Source of the DNA: a bacterium
GTDB lineage: Bacteria > Zhuqueibacterota > Zhuqueibacteria > Oceanimicrobiales > Oceanimicrobiaceae
Direction of reading: 5' to 3'
Assembly (NCBI GenBank): GCA_037446635.1
Contig: JBBIIG010000037.1
Coordinates: 1 to 40,634 of the forward strand
DNA length: 40,634 bases
In this document: positions 19,990 to 28,291 of the stretch, in pieces
Layout of the letters: each line of letters starts with the position of its first letter
Position numbering within the stretch: the stretch's first letter is position 1
Made by a program: the position numbers and the translations under genes
The notes under the pieces: model-generated
What the model was told of the DNA's origin: nothing
The model's input: only the letters and a program-made list of their open reading frames with translations
The model's database searches: none

Positions 19990-21275
19990 CCTAATACGCC
20001 CGAGGCAAAAAGCACGCTAAGATTAACCTCACCGCGCCAATTTTCCAGCATAGGATGCCGGCTGCCAACAACAATATCCGTCGCTCCGCTGGGAGTCTTG
20101 CCAAAACATAGAATCTGGTCAGGCTGAGCCAGACTGAGAAAGATCGGAGAATGGCTGGCCACTAGCACCTGATGATCGTAAACAGAAGAAAGTGACTGGA
20201 AGACTGCTTCCACCGCTCTTGGATGCAGCCCATTTTCTGGCTCTTCAATCAAATAGATTGCTCCGTCCGATGGTATATAGGCAATCAGTGTCAATGCCAG
20301 CAATCGTAACGTGCCATCAGAAACCAGCCACGACGGAACACGGGTCTTGGTTTGATAGACGACCTCGATGTATAAATGACGATCTTCCGGCCGCTCCTGT
20401 ACCTCGATGGTTTGAATATCGGGTAAGGCAGTTTTAACATGTTCTAGCCATTGTCGGAAACGTCCTGGTTTTTTTTGCAGCTCGCGGATTGCAAGAGGCA
20501 AATTTGATCCATCCGCAACGAAATGCTTAGGCGCCAATGGAGAACACGGCTGTCGCATAGCAAGACTGTTTAAGGCCAAAACCTGTATGCCCTCCATGAG
20601 GAGGCGCTTTGCCCAAGTGGAGATCGGAAATTTTTGTTCATCTTCGGGCAAATTCGCCAGTGAGGATTTCCGGGGACCAAGCCTGAAAAGATTATTCCAT
20701 TCACCGGATTCTGCTTTGAACCAATCGTTGCCCGACTCACTGATCTTATTTACCACCTTCCGCCACCCCGGAGGCGAATGTTTGCGTGGGGCAATTAATA
20801 TGGAATCGACCATTGGAAGCTCGCGAGGAAAAGGCAGGTCCAGCGCAAGCTGGGGATCATTGCTTTCCTCTTTGTGAGAATAACCTTTTTGCACTTGTCC
20901 GTCGGGCTTTAACCAAAAGACTTCATTCAAAAGAGCAGCCTCATCTGTTGAAGAATATCCGATTGCGATCTCATAACGGCATTGTGAGTAAGCGCCATTT
21001 GACCGAGTTGTACATAGTCGATGGGGTATGGATAACTCGATCGCCAATTCGAAGCTGTTTCCGAGTCGGTTCCAAGTCATCTCTTCAAGCGAGCGTGCCC
21101 GCCGGCGAATACTTTCCTCCGGGCCGTGTTTTAGCAAATCACCAACAAAAGAAATGGCATCAAGAAACGTAGTTTTGCCACTTGCATTTGGCCCAATGAG
21201 TAAATTAAACGGAGAAATTTTCTGGCTCAAATACCGCAAAGAGCGATATTTGTGCGCTTCAATAAGGCAAATCAT
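19986..21275 (-). CDS. ABC/AAA_21-type ATPase, MAD3-like
   Basis: Walker A GPNASGKT, SDGTLR signature, Walker B/D-loop LIEEPENGLHP, H-switch ASHSP, C-terminal LFASGVLG. Confidence 0.85.
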   Translation of the reverse strand: MICLIEAHKYRSLRYLSQKISPFNLLIGPNASGKTTFLDAISFVGDLLKHGPEESIRRRARSLEEMTWNRLGNSFELAIELSIPHRLCTTRSNGAYSQCRYEIAIGYSSTDEAALLNEVFWLKPDGQVQKGYSHKEESNDPQLALDLPFPRELPMVDSILIAPRKHSPPGWRKVVNKISESGNDWFKAESGEWNNLFRLGPRKSSLANLPEDEQKFPISTWAKRLLMEGIQVLALNSLAMRQPCSPLAPKHFVADGSNLPLAIRELQKKPGRFRQWLEHVKTALPDIQTIEVQERPEDRHLYIEVVYQTKTRVPSWLVSDGTLRLLALTLIAYIPSDGAIYLIEEPENGLHPRAVEAVFQSLSSVYDHQVLVASHSPIFLSLAQPDQILCFGKTPSGATDIVVGSRHPMLENWRGEVNLSVLFASGVLG

Positions 21276-21290
21276 ATAGATTATCAAACC

Positions 21291-22430
21291 TTAGAATTCT
21301 TTCAACAACTCCCGCGAGATCACCAGCCGCTGAATTTCGGACGTGCCTTCGCCAATCACCGTGAGTTTGGCATCGCGCCAGTAGCGCTCGAGCGGATAAT
21401 CTTTGCAATAGCCGTAGCCGCCCAAAATTTGGATGGCATTTTTGGTGGCGCGCATGGCCATCTCCGAGGCAAAAAGTTTGGCCATGGCGGCTTCTTTGGT
21501 GTAGGGCTTGCCTTGATCGCGCATCTGCGCCACCTCGTGCACCATCAAACGCGCGGCGTAAATTTCCGTGGCCATGTCTGCCAGCATCCACCGAATCGCT
21601 TGAAACTCGCCGATGGGTTGCCCGAAGGCCTCACGTTCTTTAGAGTATGCCGCGGCTTTTTCCATCGCCGCCTGCGCGAGTCCCACTGCCATCGCGCCAA
21701 TGCCGATGCGGCCGCCATCCAGGGTGATCAAGGCTTGCTGGAAACCTTCATTCTCTTTGCCCAACAAATTTTCTTTAGGCACGCGGCAATTATCAATCGA
21801 AATCACCCGCGTATCCGACGCCCGCACGCCTAACTTGTCTTCTTTCTTGCCAACGACAAATCCTTCGAACCCCTTTTCCACGATGAACGCGGAAATGCCG
21901 TGCACGCCCTTTTCTGGCGCGGTCTTCGCAAACACCACAAAATAGTCCGCCACGCCACCATTGGTGACATACGCTTTCGACCCATTCAACACATAATGAT
22001 CGCCCTTCAGCACCGCGGTGGTTTTCGCGGCGCCGGCATCGGAGCCGGAACCGGGCTCGGTAAGACAGAAGCTGCCGAGCGATTTTCCTTTGGCCAGCGG
22101 CACAAGATATTTGCGTTTCTGTTCCTCGGTGCCAAACAAATAAATTGGCGTGGCGCACAGCGAAATATGCGCCGCCACCGTCAAACAAGTGGAACCGCAG
22201 GCTTTGGCAATTTCTTCCAACGCCAGCGCGAGGCTCACGGTATCCATTCCCGCGCCGCCGTATTCCTCCGGAAACGGAATGCCGAGGAGTCCCAGCTCGG
22301 CCATCTTTTTGATGTTCGCCATTGGGAACTCGCCGCTTTCGTCAATCTCCGCTGCGATCGGTTCAATTTCATTTTTGGCAAATTCACGAACCATGTCGCG
22401 CAGCATCATCTGTTCGTCAGTGTAGTTCAT
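21291..22430 (-). CDS. Acyl-CoA dehydrogenase (second paralogue)
   Basis: [32 protein letters not shown]. Confidence 0.95.
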   Translation of the reverse strand: MNYTDEQMMLRDMVREFAKNEIEPIAAEIDESGEFPMANIKKMAELGLLGIPFPEEYGGAGMDTVSLALALEEIAKACGSTCLTVAAHISLCATPIYLFGTEEQKRKYLVPLAKGKSLGSFCLTEPGSGSDAGAAKTTAVLKGDHYVLNGSKAYVTNGGVADYFVVFAKTAPEKGVHGISAFIVEKGFEGFVVGKKEDKLGVRASDTRVISIDNCRVPKENLLGKENEGFQQALITLDGGRIGIGAMAVGLAQAAMEKAAAYSKEREAFGQPIGEFQAIRWMLADMATEIYAARLMVHEVAQMRDQGKPYTKEAAMAKLFASEMAMRATKNAIQILGGYGYCKDYPLERYWRDAKLTVIGEGTSEIQRLVISRELLKEF

Positions 22431-22476
22431 AATGTTCCTCGTCTTTCAATCAAAATTTCGAGCTATGAATTTTTGA

Positions 22477-22620
22477 GGAGTAATGGAGTATGGTGAACAC
22501 AGAGCGTTCTTCTTTTCGCTATGCTCTTTGCGCGCCCCTCATTGATCCATTGATCCATTGATCCATTACTCCACTACTCCAGTACCCCACTTCTCCAGTA
22601 CTCCACAACTCCAGCACACC
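22477..22620. repeat. Octamer tandem repeat array with a short inverted arm
   Basis: Ten 8-mers at 22540-22619 (cattgatc x3, cattactc, cactactc, cagtaccc, cacttctc, cagtactc, cacaactc, cagcacac); inverse ggagtaatggagta from 22477. Confidence 0.85.
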
Positions 22621-22625
22621 AAGCG

Positions 22626-23411
22626 TTATTTCCCTTGATACCGCGGCTCGCGTTTCTCCCGGAACGCCTGCAAGCCTTCGCGCCGATCCGCGGTGGGGAT
22701 GATGTTTTGATAACACTCGAACTCCAATTCGAGGCCAGCGGGCAGCGGCTTGTCCATTCCCGCGAGAATGGCGCGTTTGGCGTTGCGCACCGCCAGCGGT
22801 CCGTTTTTCGCGATCGCGCGGGCGATCTCCAAAGCCTTGTTCATCAATTCCGATTCCGGCACCACATAATTCACCGCGCCGTGCTGCAGCGCTTCGTGCG
22901 CCGAAAACAGCCGCGCAGTGGTGATCCACAAAATCGCGTTGCTCGGCCCGATGATTCGGGTGAGCCGCTGCGTGCCGCCGGCGCCCGGCAAAATTGCCAG
23001 CGCGGTTTCGCGCAGCCCCACTTGCGCCGAGTCAACGATGATGCGAATATCCGCCGCCAACGCCACCTCGAAGCCGCCGCCCAGGGCGCTGCCCTGCAAC
23101 GCGGCAATGGTTGGAACAGAAATCTCCGCAATTTTATTCACCGCCACTCCGATATTCCGGACAGTCGGAGCCACCTCCGGCTCCGGCATCTCCATGCGCT
23201 CCTTCAAATCCGCGCCGGCGCAAAAATATTTGCCCGCCGCGGTGATGATCGCAACCCGCACTTTGTTCGAGTTGACGTCCTCCTCGAGCAACTCCGCGGC
23301 CCGACCAAGTTCCGCCACCAACTCGCGGTTCAACGCGTTGACCGGCGGACGGTTGATGGTCAACGTCGCGACGTACTCTTCGATTTTGTAAGTTAGAAAT
23401 TGAAAATTCAT
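22626..23411 (-). CDS. Enoyl-CoA hydratase/crotonase (methylglutaconyl-CoA hydratase-like)
   Basis: FCAGADLKER, ALGGGFEVALAAD, ETALAILPGAGGTQRL. Confidence 0.92.
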   Translation of the reverse strand: MNFQFLTYKIEEYVATLTINRPPVNALNRELVAELGRAAELLEEDVNSNKVRVAIITAAGKYFCAGADLKERMEMPEPEVAPTVRNIGVAVNKIAEISVPTIAALQGSALGGGFEVALAADIRIIVDSAQVGLRETALAILPGAGGTQRLTRIIGPSNAILWITTARLFSAHEALQHGAVNYVVPESELMNKALEIARAIAKNGPLAVRNAKRAILAGMDKPLPAGLELEFECYQNIIPTADRREGLQAFREKREPRYQGK

Positions 23412-25003
23412 TTCTTCTTTTCTTTCGGCTCGTTATTCGAGGAATCGATTTGACTCGCCAGAAAATTTCTTTTGAATGGATGAATATCGCGGATGGAATC
23501 CAGCCCCTCCGGCAGCGGCAGCACGTAGCGAATGGCCTGCACCGTCCCGTCTTTGCGGACCGTGCGCTGCACGTGTTTGCATTTCAACACCGAATGCTCG
23601 ATGTAGATATCATCTTCAATGATGCTGCCGAAAACATACGACGTGCCTTTGATGAACACGTTGTTGCCGATGCGCGTGGGAAAATCATCGCTGCCGGTCA
23701 TGTTGACACTGGAACCGATATGGCAATTTTCACCAATTTCAAGATTGCCTTTGATGATATCCTCTTTGAAAATTTGCGTGCCGCGGCCAATCTTCAGCGT
23801 CTGATTGGGATACGTGGAAAGATGCACGTTCTCACGAATGCGAACGTTCTCCCCTACGATGATTCGCCCCATCAACCGCGCGCCATTAAAAATTTGCACG
23901 CCTTTGCTCAACTCCACATCGCGGCCAATGAACACGCCTTTGCCGATGTAAATATCCAGCGGTCCGTACTTTTTGTCCAACTCAGTGATCCGCTTCACAA
24001 CTTCATCAGCGATAAAAAAATCATTCTGATCTTCGATGGTGACGATGTCTTTGAGCTGCTCGAAAACCCGCCGGCGCGCAAAGCTCTCCATCTCCCGCAA
24101 AACGCTTTTGACATTGAAGCCCAACACCGCGTGATTGTCTTCCGCCGCGGCGGATTTCACCGTCAGCTTATGTTCATTGAAAATGCTGATGAGATCGGTC
24201 AAATAGAGCTCGCCCTGTACGTTGTCGGTTTTCAGCTGTTTGATGTGCTCGTGAATTTTTTTTGCCTTAAATGCATAGATGCCGGTGTTGAATTCCGGAA
24301 TGGCGAGAAGATCGGATTTAGCGAAGGCATAGGTCCGTCCTTTATAAGTCACATGATACGGAAGATCGTCGCGCAGCGCGAGAATATCTTTGTGTTCTTT
24401 GATTTCGATCACCTTGCCAAAATCCGCGCCGGAGCTTTTGCCAGCGACGTCCGCTTTGGGCACGCGCACGATGCGGCCGTAATAATTGTCGCGGGGGTCG
24501 CCGTCAAAGATGCCGGAGAGCACCATCATGTCGCAGTCGTTGCTGAGAAAATCTTCTTTGAACTTTTGCACCACCTCGGCATTGAGCAGCCCCATGTCGC
24601 CGGGGAAAATGTAGATATCCCCTTTGAATTTTTTTTGAATGACTGCCAGCGCCACGCGCACAGCGTCGCCAGTGCCGCGCTGCTCGGCCTGATAAACGAA
24701 CATCTGATGATCGCGCTTGCCGAGGGCATCGGCCACTTCTTTGGCTTTGATACCCACCACAATGACGAGATTGGTGGAAGCAAGTCCTTCGCGCGCGGCG
24801 ATCGCCACGCGCTCCACCGTCGGCACGCCCCAGATTTCATGCAGCATCTTCGAGGTCTCGGACTTGATGCGCTTGCCATGCCCCGCCGCCAAAATGATAG
24901 CAATGCTCTTTTGTGAATAATCCAGCGGCGAGCTTTTTTCTTTTAAATAAGAGGCAACATCAACAGCTAACGTTGGAGCTTCGAGCATACTTGTTTCCTT
25001 CAT
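23408..25003 (-). CDS. GlmU-like nucleotidyltransferase with a divergent left-handed beta-helix domain
   Basis: ILAAGHGKR, QRGTGDAV, YGRIVR, EFNTGIY, NVQGELYLTD; hexapeptide repeats in the C-terminal third. Confidence 0.8.
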   Translation of the reverse strand: MKETSMLEAPTLAVDVASYLKEKSSPLDYSQKSIAIILAAGHGKRIKSETSKMLHEIWGVPTVERVAIAAREGLASTNLVIVVGIKAKEVADALGKRDHQMFVYQAEQRGTGDAVRVALAVIQKKFKGDIYIFPGDMGLLNAEVVQKFKEDFLSNDCDMMVLSGIFDGDPRDNYYGRIVRVPKADVAGKSSGADFGKVIEIKEHKDILALRDDLPYHVTYKGRTYAFAKSDLLAIPEFNTGIYAFKAKKIHEHIKQLKTDNVQGELYLTDLISIFNEHKLTVKSAAAEDNHAVLGFNVKSVLREMESFARRRVFEQLKDIVTIEDQNDFFIADEVVKRITELDKKYGPLDIYIGKGVFIGRDVELSKGVQIFNGARLMGRIIVGENVRIRENVHLSTYPNQTLKIGRGTQIFKEDIIKGNLEIGENCHIGSSVNMTGSDDFPTRIGNNVFIKGTSYVFGSIIEDDIYIEHSVLKCKHVQRTVRKDGTVQAIRYVLPLPEGLDSIRDIHPFKRNFLASQIDSSNNEPKEKKK

Positions 25004-25010
25004 TGCATAT

Positions 25011-25120
25011 TGGATTGGTGGATTAATGGATCAATGGATTAATGTGCTGTAACACTGTGCTTTGCATAAACGAAGCTTTGAGTTACATTCATCCCGTACT
25101 CCATCACTCCAACAATCCCA
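25011..25120. repeat. Octamer inverted tandem repeats
   Basis: tggattgg tggattaa tggatcaa tggattaa ... cccgtact ccatcact ccaacaat. Confidence 0.75.
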
Positions 25121-25149
25121 TTTAAAAATCAATTTACTTCTTATCTGCG

Positions 25150-25503
25150 TTAATCTGTGTTCATCAACGTCCTGATATTAAAATCATCCGGCACGTCGAT
25201 CGCCATCAGCAGCAGCGCCTGACCGTGAGTTTTGCCCTGGGCATCGTTCTTCAAACTTTCGCTGCCGCCGCCGCCCAGCGAATCGTGCAAAATAAAATTG
25301 AGTCCCAACAAATTGGGCAATTCGTAGCGCTCCACTTTGCCTTTCACCATGCCTTTGAAATGCGCCTTCACTTTTTCCGGCGTTACTTCTTTTTTGATGA
25401 TCTCAAACGCCTCTTTATTATAAGCCAGCAGCCCGACGTTTGAGCTGTCGCCTTTGTCGCCGGAACGGGCGTGGGCGATTTGCCGCAGTTGAATTCGTTT
25501 CAT
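25150..25503 (-). CDS. AtuA C-terminal-domain-like small protein
   Basis: IAHARSGDKGD, VERYELPNL, LGGGG..SL..DAQGK; ATG overlaps the atuA stop. Confidence 0.85.
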   Translation of the reverse strand: MKRIQLRQIAHARSGDKGDSSNVGLLAYNKEAFEIIKKEVTPEKVKAHFKGMVKGKVERYELPNLLGLNFILHDSLGGGGSESLKNDAQGKTHGQALLLMAIDVPDDFNIRTLMNTD

Positions 25504-26864
25504 ACTTCTTCCACCGTGACTTTGGTTTGAATCAATTTTTTGTCGATCAGCGCTGGCCAGTACGCCACAATCTCTTGCGGCTTGGGGCGGCCGCCAGCAA
25601 ATCCGGTGACGCCCGGCGGACCGTTGGTCACCAGCGGCGCCAACTCTTTGCCAAAGCGCTCGACTTTCTTTGCATCCGCATCTTTCACGCCGACGCGCAG
25701 CACCACTTCGTTGATTTGCGCGGGCAGCGGATTGATGTCGCCGTGGCAAGAGTTCACTCCCAAAAATTCCGTGCTGGTTTCTTCGTAATTGTAGCCGGCG
25801 GTTTGCAATCGCTGCCAAATGATCTCCGCGCATTTCTGCGCTTTCGCGTAGGCATCCGGGCCGCTGATGGTGAGCGTGCCCGAGGCCTTGTACCCCTTTT
25901 GATAATTGATGGAAACTTTGTAGCTGTCGGTTTTGGGATAGCCTTTGATGCCAAACACTTTCACGCGATCCTTGCCAGCCTGTTCCAATTGAATGGTGGT
26001 GAAATCGATGCGCACGTCCGGCGAGATGTAATTTTTCGGATCGCCCATTTCATAAACGATCTGCTCGGCCACGGTGTCCACCGTCACCATGCCGCCGGTG
26101 CCAGGGTGCTTAGTGACAAAAAAGCTGCCATCGGAATAGGCTTCCGCAATCGGATAGCCGATATTAGCGAAATCCGGCACCTCCCACCAGCGCGTGTAAT
26201 TACCGCCGGTAGCCTGCGCCCCGCACTCGAGAATGTGGCCCGCAACGGTGCCCGCCGCCAGTTTGTCCCACTCATCTTCCTTCCAGCCGAATTCGTAAAT
26301 CATTGGCGCCAGCACAAGCCCGGGATCGGAGACGCGGCCGGTGATGATGATCTGCGCGCCTTGCGCGAGCGCCTCAGCCATCGCAAACGAGGTGATATAA
26401 ACGTTGGCGGAGAGCACTTTGTCTTGGATCGTAGTGAGCGGTTTACCACTCTCCATATTCTTGAGCTCCGCTCCGGCCGTCAATAGCTCCGGAATGCGCG
26501 CCAAAATATCATCCCCCTCGACAATGCCGATCTTCACGCCCTTCAATCCTAATTTGCGCGCCACCTCCAGCACCGCCTCACGGCAGGCTTTGGGATTCAC
26601 TCCGCCGGCGCTGGCAATGACTTTGATGTTCTTCTCCACCAATCGCGGCAGGGTCTCGCGCATCAGATCCACGAAATCGGTGGCGTAGCCTTTTTGCGGA
26701 TCGCGCAGCTTCTGCCGCTGCATGATGGACATGGTGACCTCGGCCAAGTAGTCGAGGGTGATGTAGTGCAGCGGCCCGCCATCAATCAGTTTGATGGGCG
26801 CGTCGATGCTGTCGCCCCAGAAGCCCTGGCCGTTGGCTATCAAAACAGGTTCGCGAGTTTTCAT
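25500..26864 (-). CDS. Acyclic terpene utilisation AtuA-family protein (DUF1446)
   Basis: NGQGFWGD, DYLAEVTM, SANVY, ITGRVSD, AGHILECGAQATGGN, EQIVYEMGDP..Y..PDV. Confidence 0.9.
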   Translation of the reverse strand: MKTREPVLIANGQGFWGDSIDAPIKLIDGGPLHYITLDYLAEVTMSIMQRQKLRDPQKGYATDFVDLMRETLPRLVEKNIKVIASAGGVNPKACREAVLEVARKLGLKGVKIGIVEGDDILARIPELLTAGAELKNMESGKPLTTIQDKVLSANVYITSFAMAEALAQGAQIIITGRVSDPGLVLAPMIYEFGWKEDEWDKLAAGTVAGHILECGAQATGGNYTRWWEVPDFANIGYPIAEAYSDGSFFVTKHPGTGGMVTVDTVAEQIVYEMGDPKNYISPDVRIDFTTIQLEQAGKDRVKVFGIKGYPKTDSYKVSINYQKGYKASGTLTISGPDAYAKAQKCAEIIWQRLQTAGYNYEETSTEFLGVNSCHGDINPLPAQINEVVLRVGVKDADAKKVERFGKELAPLVTNGPPGVTGFAGGRPKPQEIVAYWPALIDKKLIQTKVTVEEV

Positions 26865-26892
26865 TTTCCGATGATCTTTCAAATGGCGACGC

Positions 26893-27000
26893 GGAGTAAT
26901 GGATTAATGGAGTACTGGGGTGCTGGAGCTTTGGAGTAGTGGGGATATCATTGATCCACTAATCCATCAATCCAGTACTCCATCACTCCAATACTCCAAC
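26893..27000. repeat. Octamer inverted tandem repeats forming a long hairpin
   Basis: About six ggagtaat-type units, followed directly by about six complementary ccantact-type units. Confidence 0.85.
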
Positions 27001-27012
27001 AGACATACTCCG

Positions 27013-27255
27013 CTACAATTCTTCAATAGTTTCAAATTGCGCTTTAATGGGAATAGTTTGTTCCTCTTTTATATCCCCGAATCGCTCTGCGAAATTTAAG
27101 ATCGTGAATCCTACAACTTCATCACTCTCAGGCAAGACACGTACTAAAACATCGTCATCGACTTCTCTGGAAGTAGCCTCTTTTGGCGCACCGATCGAGA
27201 TATACAGAACATCCCCTTTTCGATCGTAAAAAACATTCAAGGGTTCTTTTGCCAT
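27013..27255 (-). CDS. DUF2283-family putative antitoxin
   Basis: YDRKGDVLYI, DDVLVR, VVGFTILNF. Confidence 0.82.
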   Translation of the reverse strand: MAKEPLNVFYDRKGDVLYISIGAPKEATSREVDDDVLVRVLPESDEVVGFTILNFAERFGDIKEEQTIPIKAQFETIEEL

Positions 27256-27300
27256 AAGATTTCACCTGCTTTGATTTTGTCTGTAATATAAAGTGGAAAT
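27238..27300 (-). pseudogene. 3' remnant of the gene normally upstream of DUF2283 (putative toxin)
   Basis: Reads YITDKIKAGEILWQKNP* overlapping the DUF2283 start, with no 5' part. Confidence 0.5.
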
Positions 27301-27305
27301 GAATT

Positions 27306-27485
27306 TTATGAATTGTTGATTTTAGCCTTCTCATTCATAACCTCCAACCACCCCTCAATCACCTCTTTGATATTTTCTTGGGCTTCTTCGAAAGTTTTGC
27401 CCTGACTCAAACAACCGGGCAACGCCGGGACTTCAGCGACGAAGTAACCGGATTCATCTTTTTCGATTATGACATTGAACTTCAT
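27306..27485 (-). CDS. HicB/UPF0150-family antitoxin, orphan (59 aa, not in the ORF track)
   Basis: MKFNVIIEKDESGYFVAEVPALPGCLSQGKTFEEAQENIKEVIEGWL; GGAGG Shine-Dalgarno. Confidence 0.88.
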   Translation of the reverse strand: MKFNVIIEKDESGYFVAEVPALPGCLSQGKTFEEAQENIKEVIEGWLEVMNEKAKINNS

Positions 27486-27503
27486 ATTTCCTCCGCAGGA
27501 AGC

Positions 27504-27758
27504 TTATGATTCCTGAAGCAAGGCTCGTTCAACTTCTTTCGGCACTTCGATTAAAACAAAATATTCGGCGGGATACAAGTAATCCTCGCCGCTTTCATCA
27601 ATCACGCGTAAGTCTCCGTTCTTCGCCGCGTCTTCATCGGGTAACACCCGGTAAATTTTGTGCAATTCCAATGAAGCGGAGGTATCGGAATTATTGATAC
27701 AAACCGCAAATTCGCGGCGGGTGTTTTTACCGAATCTTACGGCAAAATCTGTTTTCAC
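27504..27758 (-). CDS. Small conserved hypothetical protein (TA-like downstream partner family)
   Basis: FAVCINN..ASLE..KIY.VLPD and RVIDESGEDYLYP motifs. Confidence 0.7.
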   Translation of the reverse strand: MKTDFAVRFGKNTRREFAVCINNSDTSASLELHKIYRVLPDEDAAKNGDLRVIDESGEDYLYPAEYFVLIEVPKEVERALLQES

Positions 27759-27776
27759 TTCACTTTCAACACTAAT

Positions 27777-28038
27777 TTATGGAAAATATCGATAAATATC
27801 TTTTCGGTGTAAGGCTCTTTCCAAAATCACCACATCATCTTCTGTTTTAATTCCAACCCGATAAGAACCAAAACGAATTTTGTAGTAGTGAGCCCGTCAT
27901 CTGTTCAATTTTGCCACTTTCAAAAATCGATCTCAATTTAGGAAGCTTTTCAAACACAAACTCCTCAATCTCTCCGCGTATCGGAGAAGGGATTTTGGAG
28001 AGGTCTTTAAGAAATCTTTTTCGATAATCAATCTTCAA
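27777..28038 (-). pseudogene. RelE/StbE toxin, frameshifted
   Basis: MKIDYRKRFLKDL...KIEQMTG, then a frame change at about 27891 to HYYKIRFGSYRVGI...RALHRKDIYRYFP*. Confidence 0.88.
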
Positions 28039-28238
28039 TCGGCCTTATCGAGTTTTTTGTAGTACGCTTTGGCCTCTTTCAGACTGAGTCTTTCGTCTCC
28101 CTCATTTTCCCTCATCAGTTGCACCAAAGCGTAATTTTCAAGCACCTCTTCAATTTTCTCAAATGTCTCGATGTCGAGTTGCACCGCAACTTTACGGTTT
28201 TGCTCATCGACAATGTATTTTTTCTCTATCGTGTCCAT
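28035..28238 (-). CDS. Antitoxin upstream of the RelE-like toxin
   Basis: KYIVDEQNRKVAVQLDIETF...LSLKEA; overlaps the toxin start. Confidence 0.8.
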   Translation of the reverse strand: MDTIEKKYIVDEQNRKVAVQLDIETFEKIEEVLENYALVQLMRENEGDERLSLKEAKAYYKKLDKAD

Positions 28239-28268
28239 TTTACTCTCCTAACTTTAGAGATTAAAACT

Positions 28269-28291
28269 CGCAAACCAGAGGTTTGCGTTAC
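28269..28291 (-). repeat. REP-like palindrome with GTAA foot at the carboxyltransferase stop codon
   Basis: Minus strand GTAA-CGCAAACC-TCT-GGTTTGCG (perfect 8-bp stem). Confidence 0.7.

Noticed and set aside
22540..22620. CRISPR array
   Set aside because: Units are contiguous 8-mers without spacers, and there are no cas genes.
22519..22929. ORFs translating through the octamer repeats (also 26694-26939, 29992-30282, 36100-36369)
   Set aside because: The Trp/Ser-rich tails (EYWSNG-like) are translation artefacts of the repeats and overlap real genes.
23450..24916. 488-aa plus-strand ORF
   Set aside because: Antisense shadow of the GlmU-like gene.
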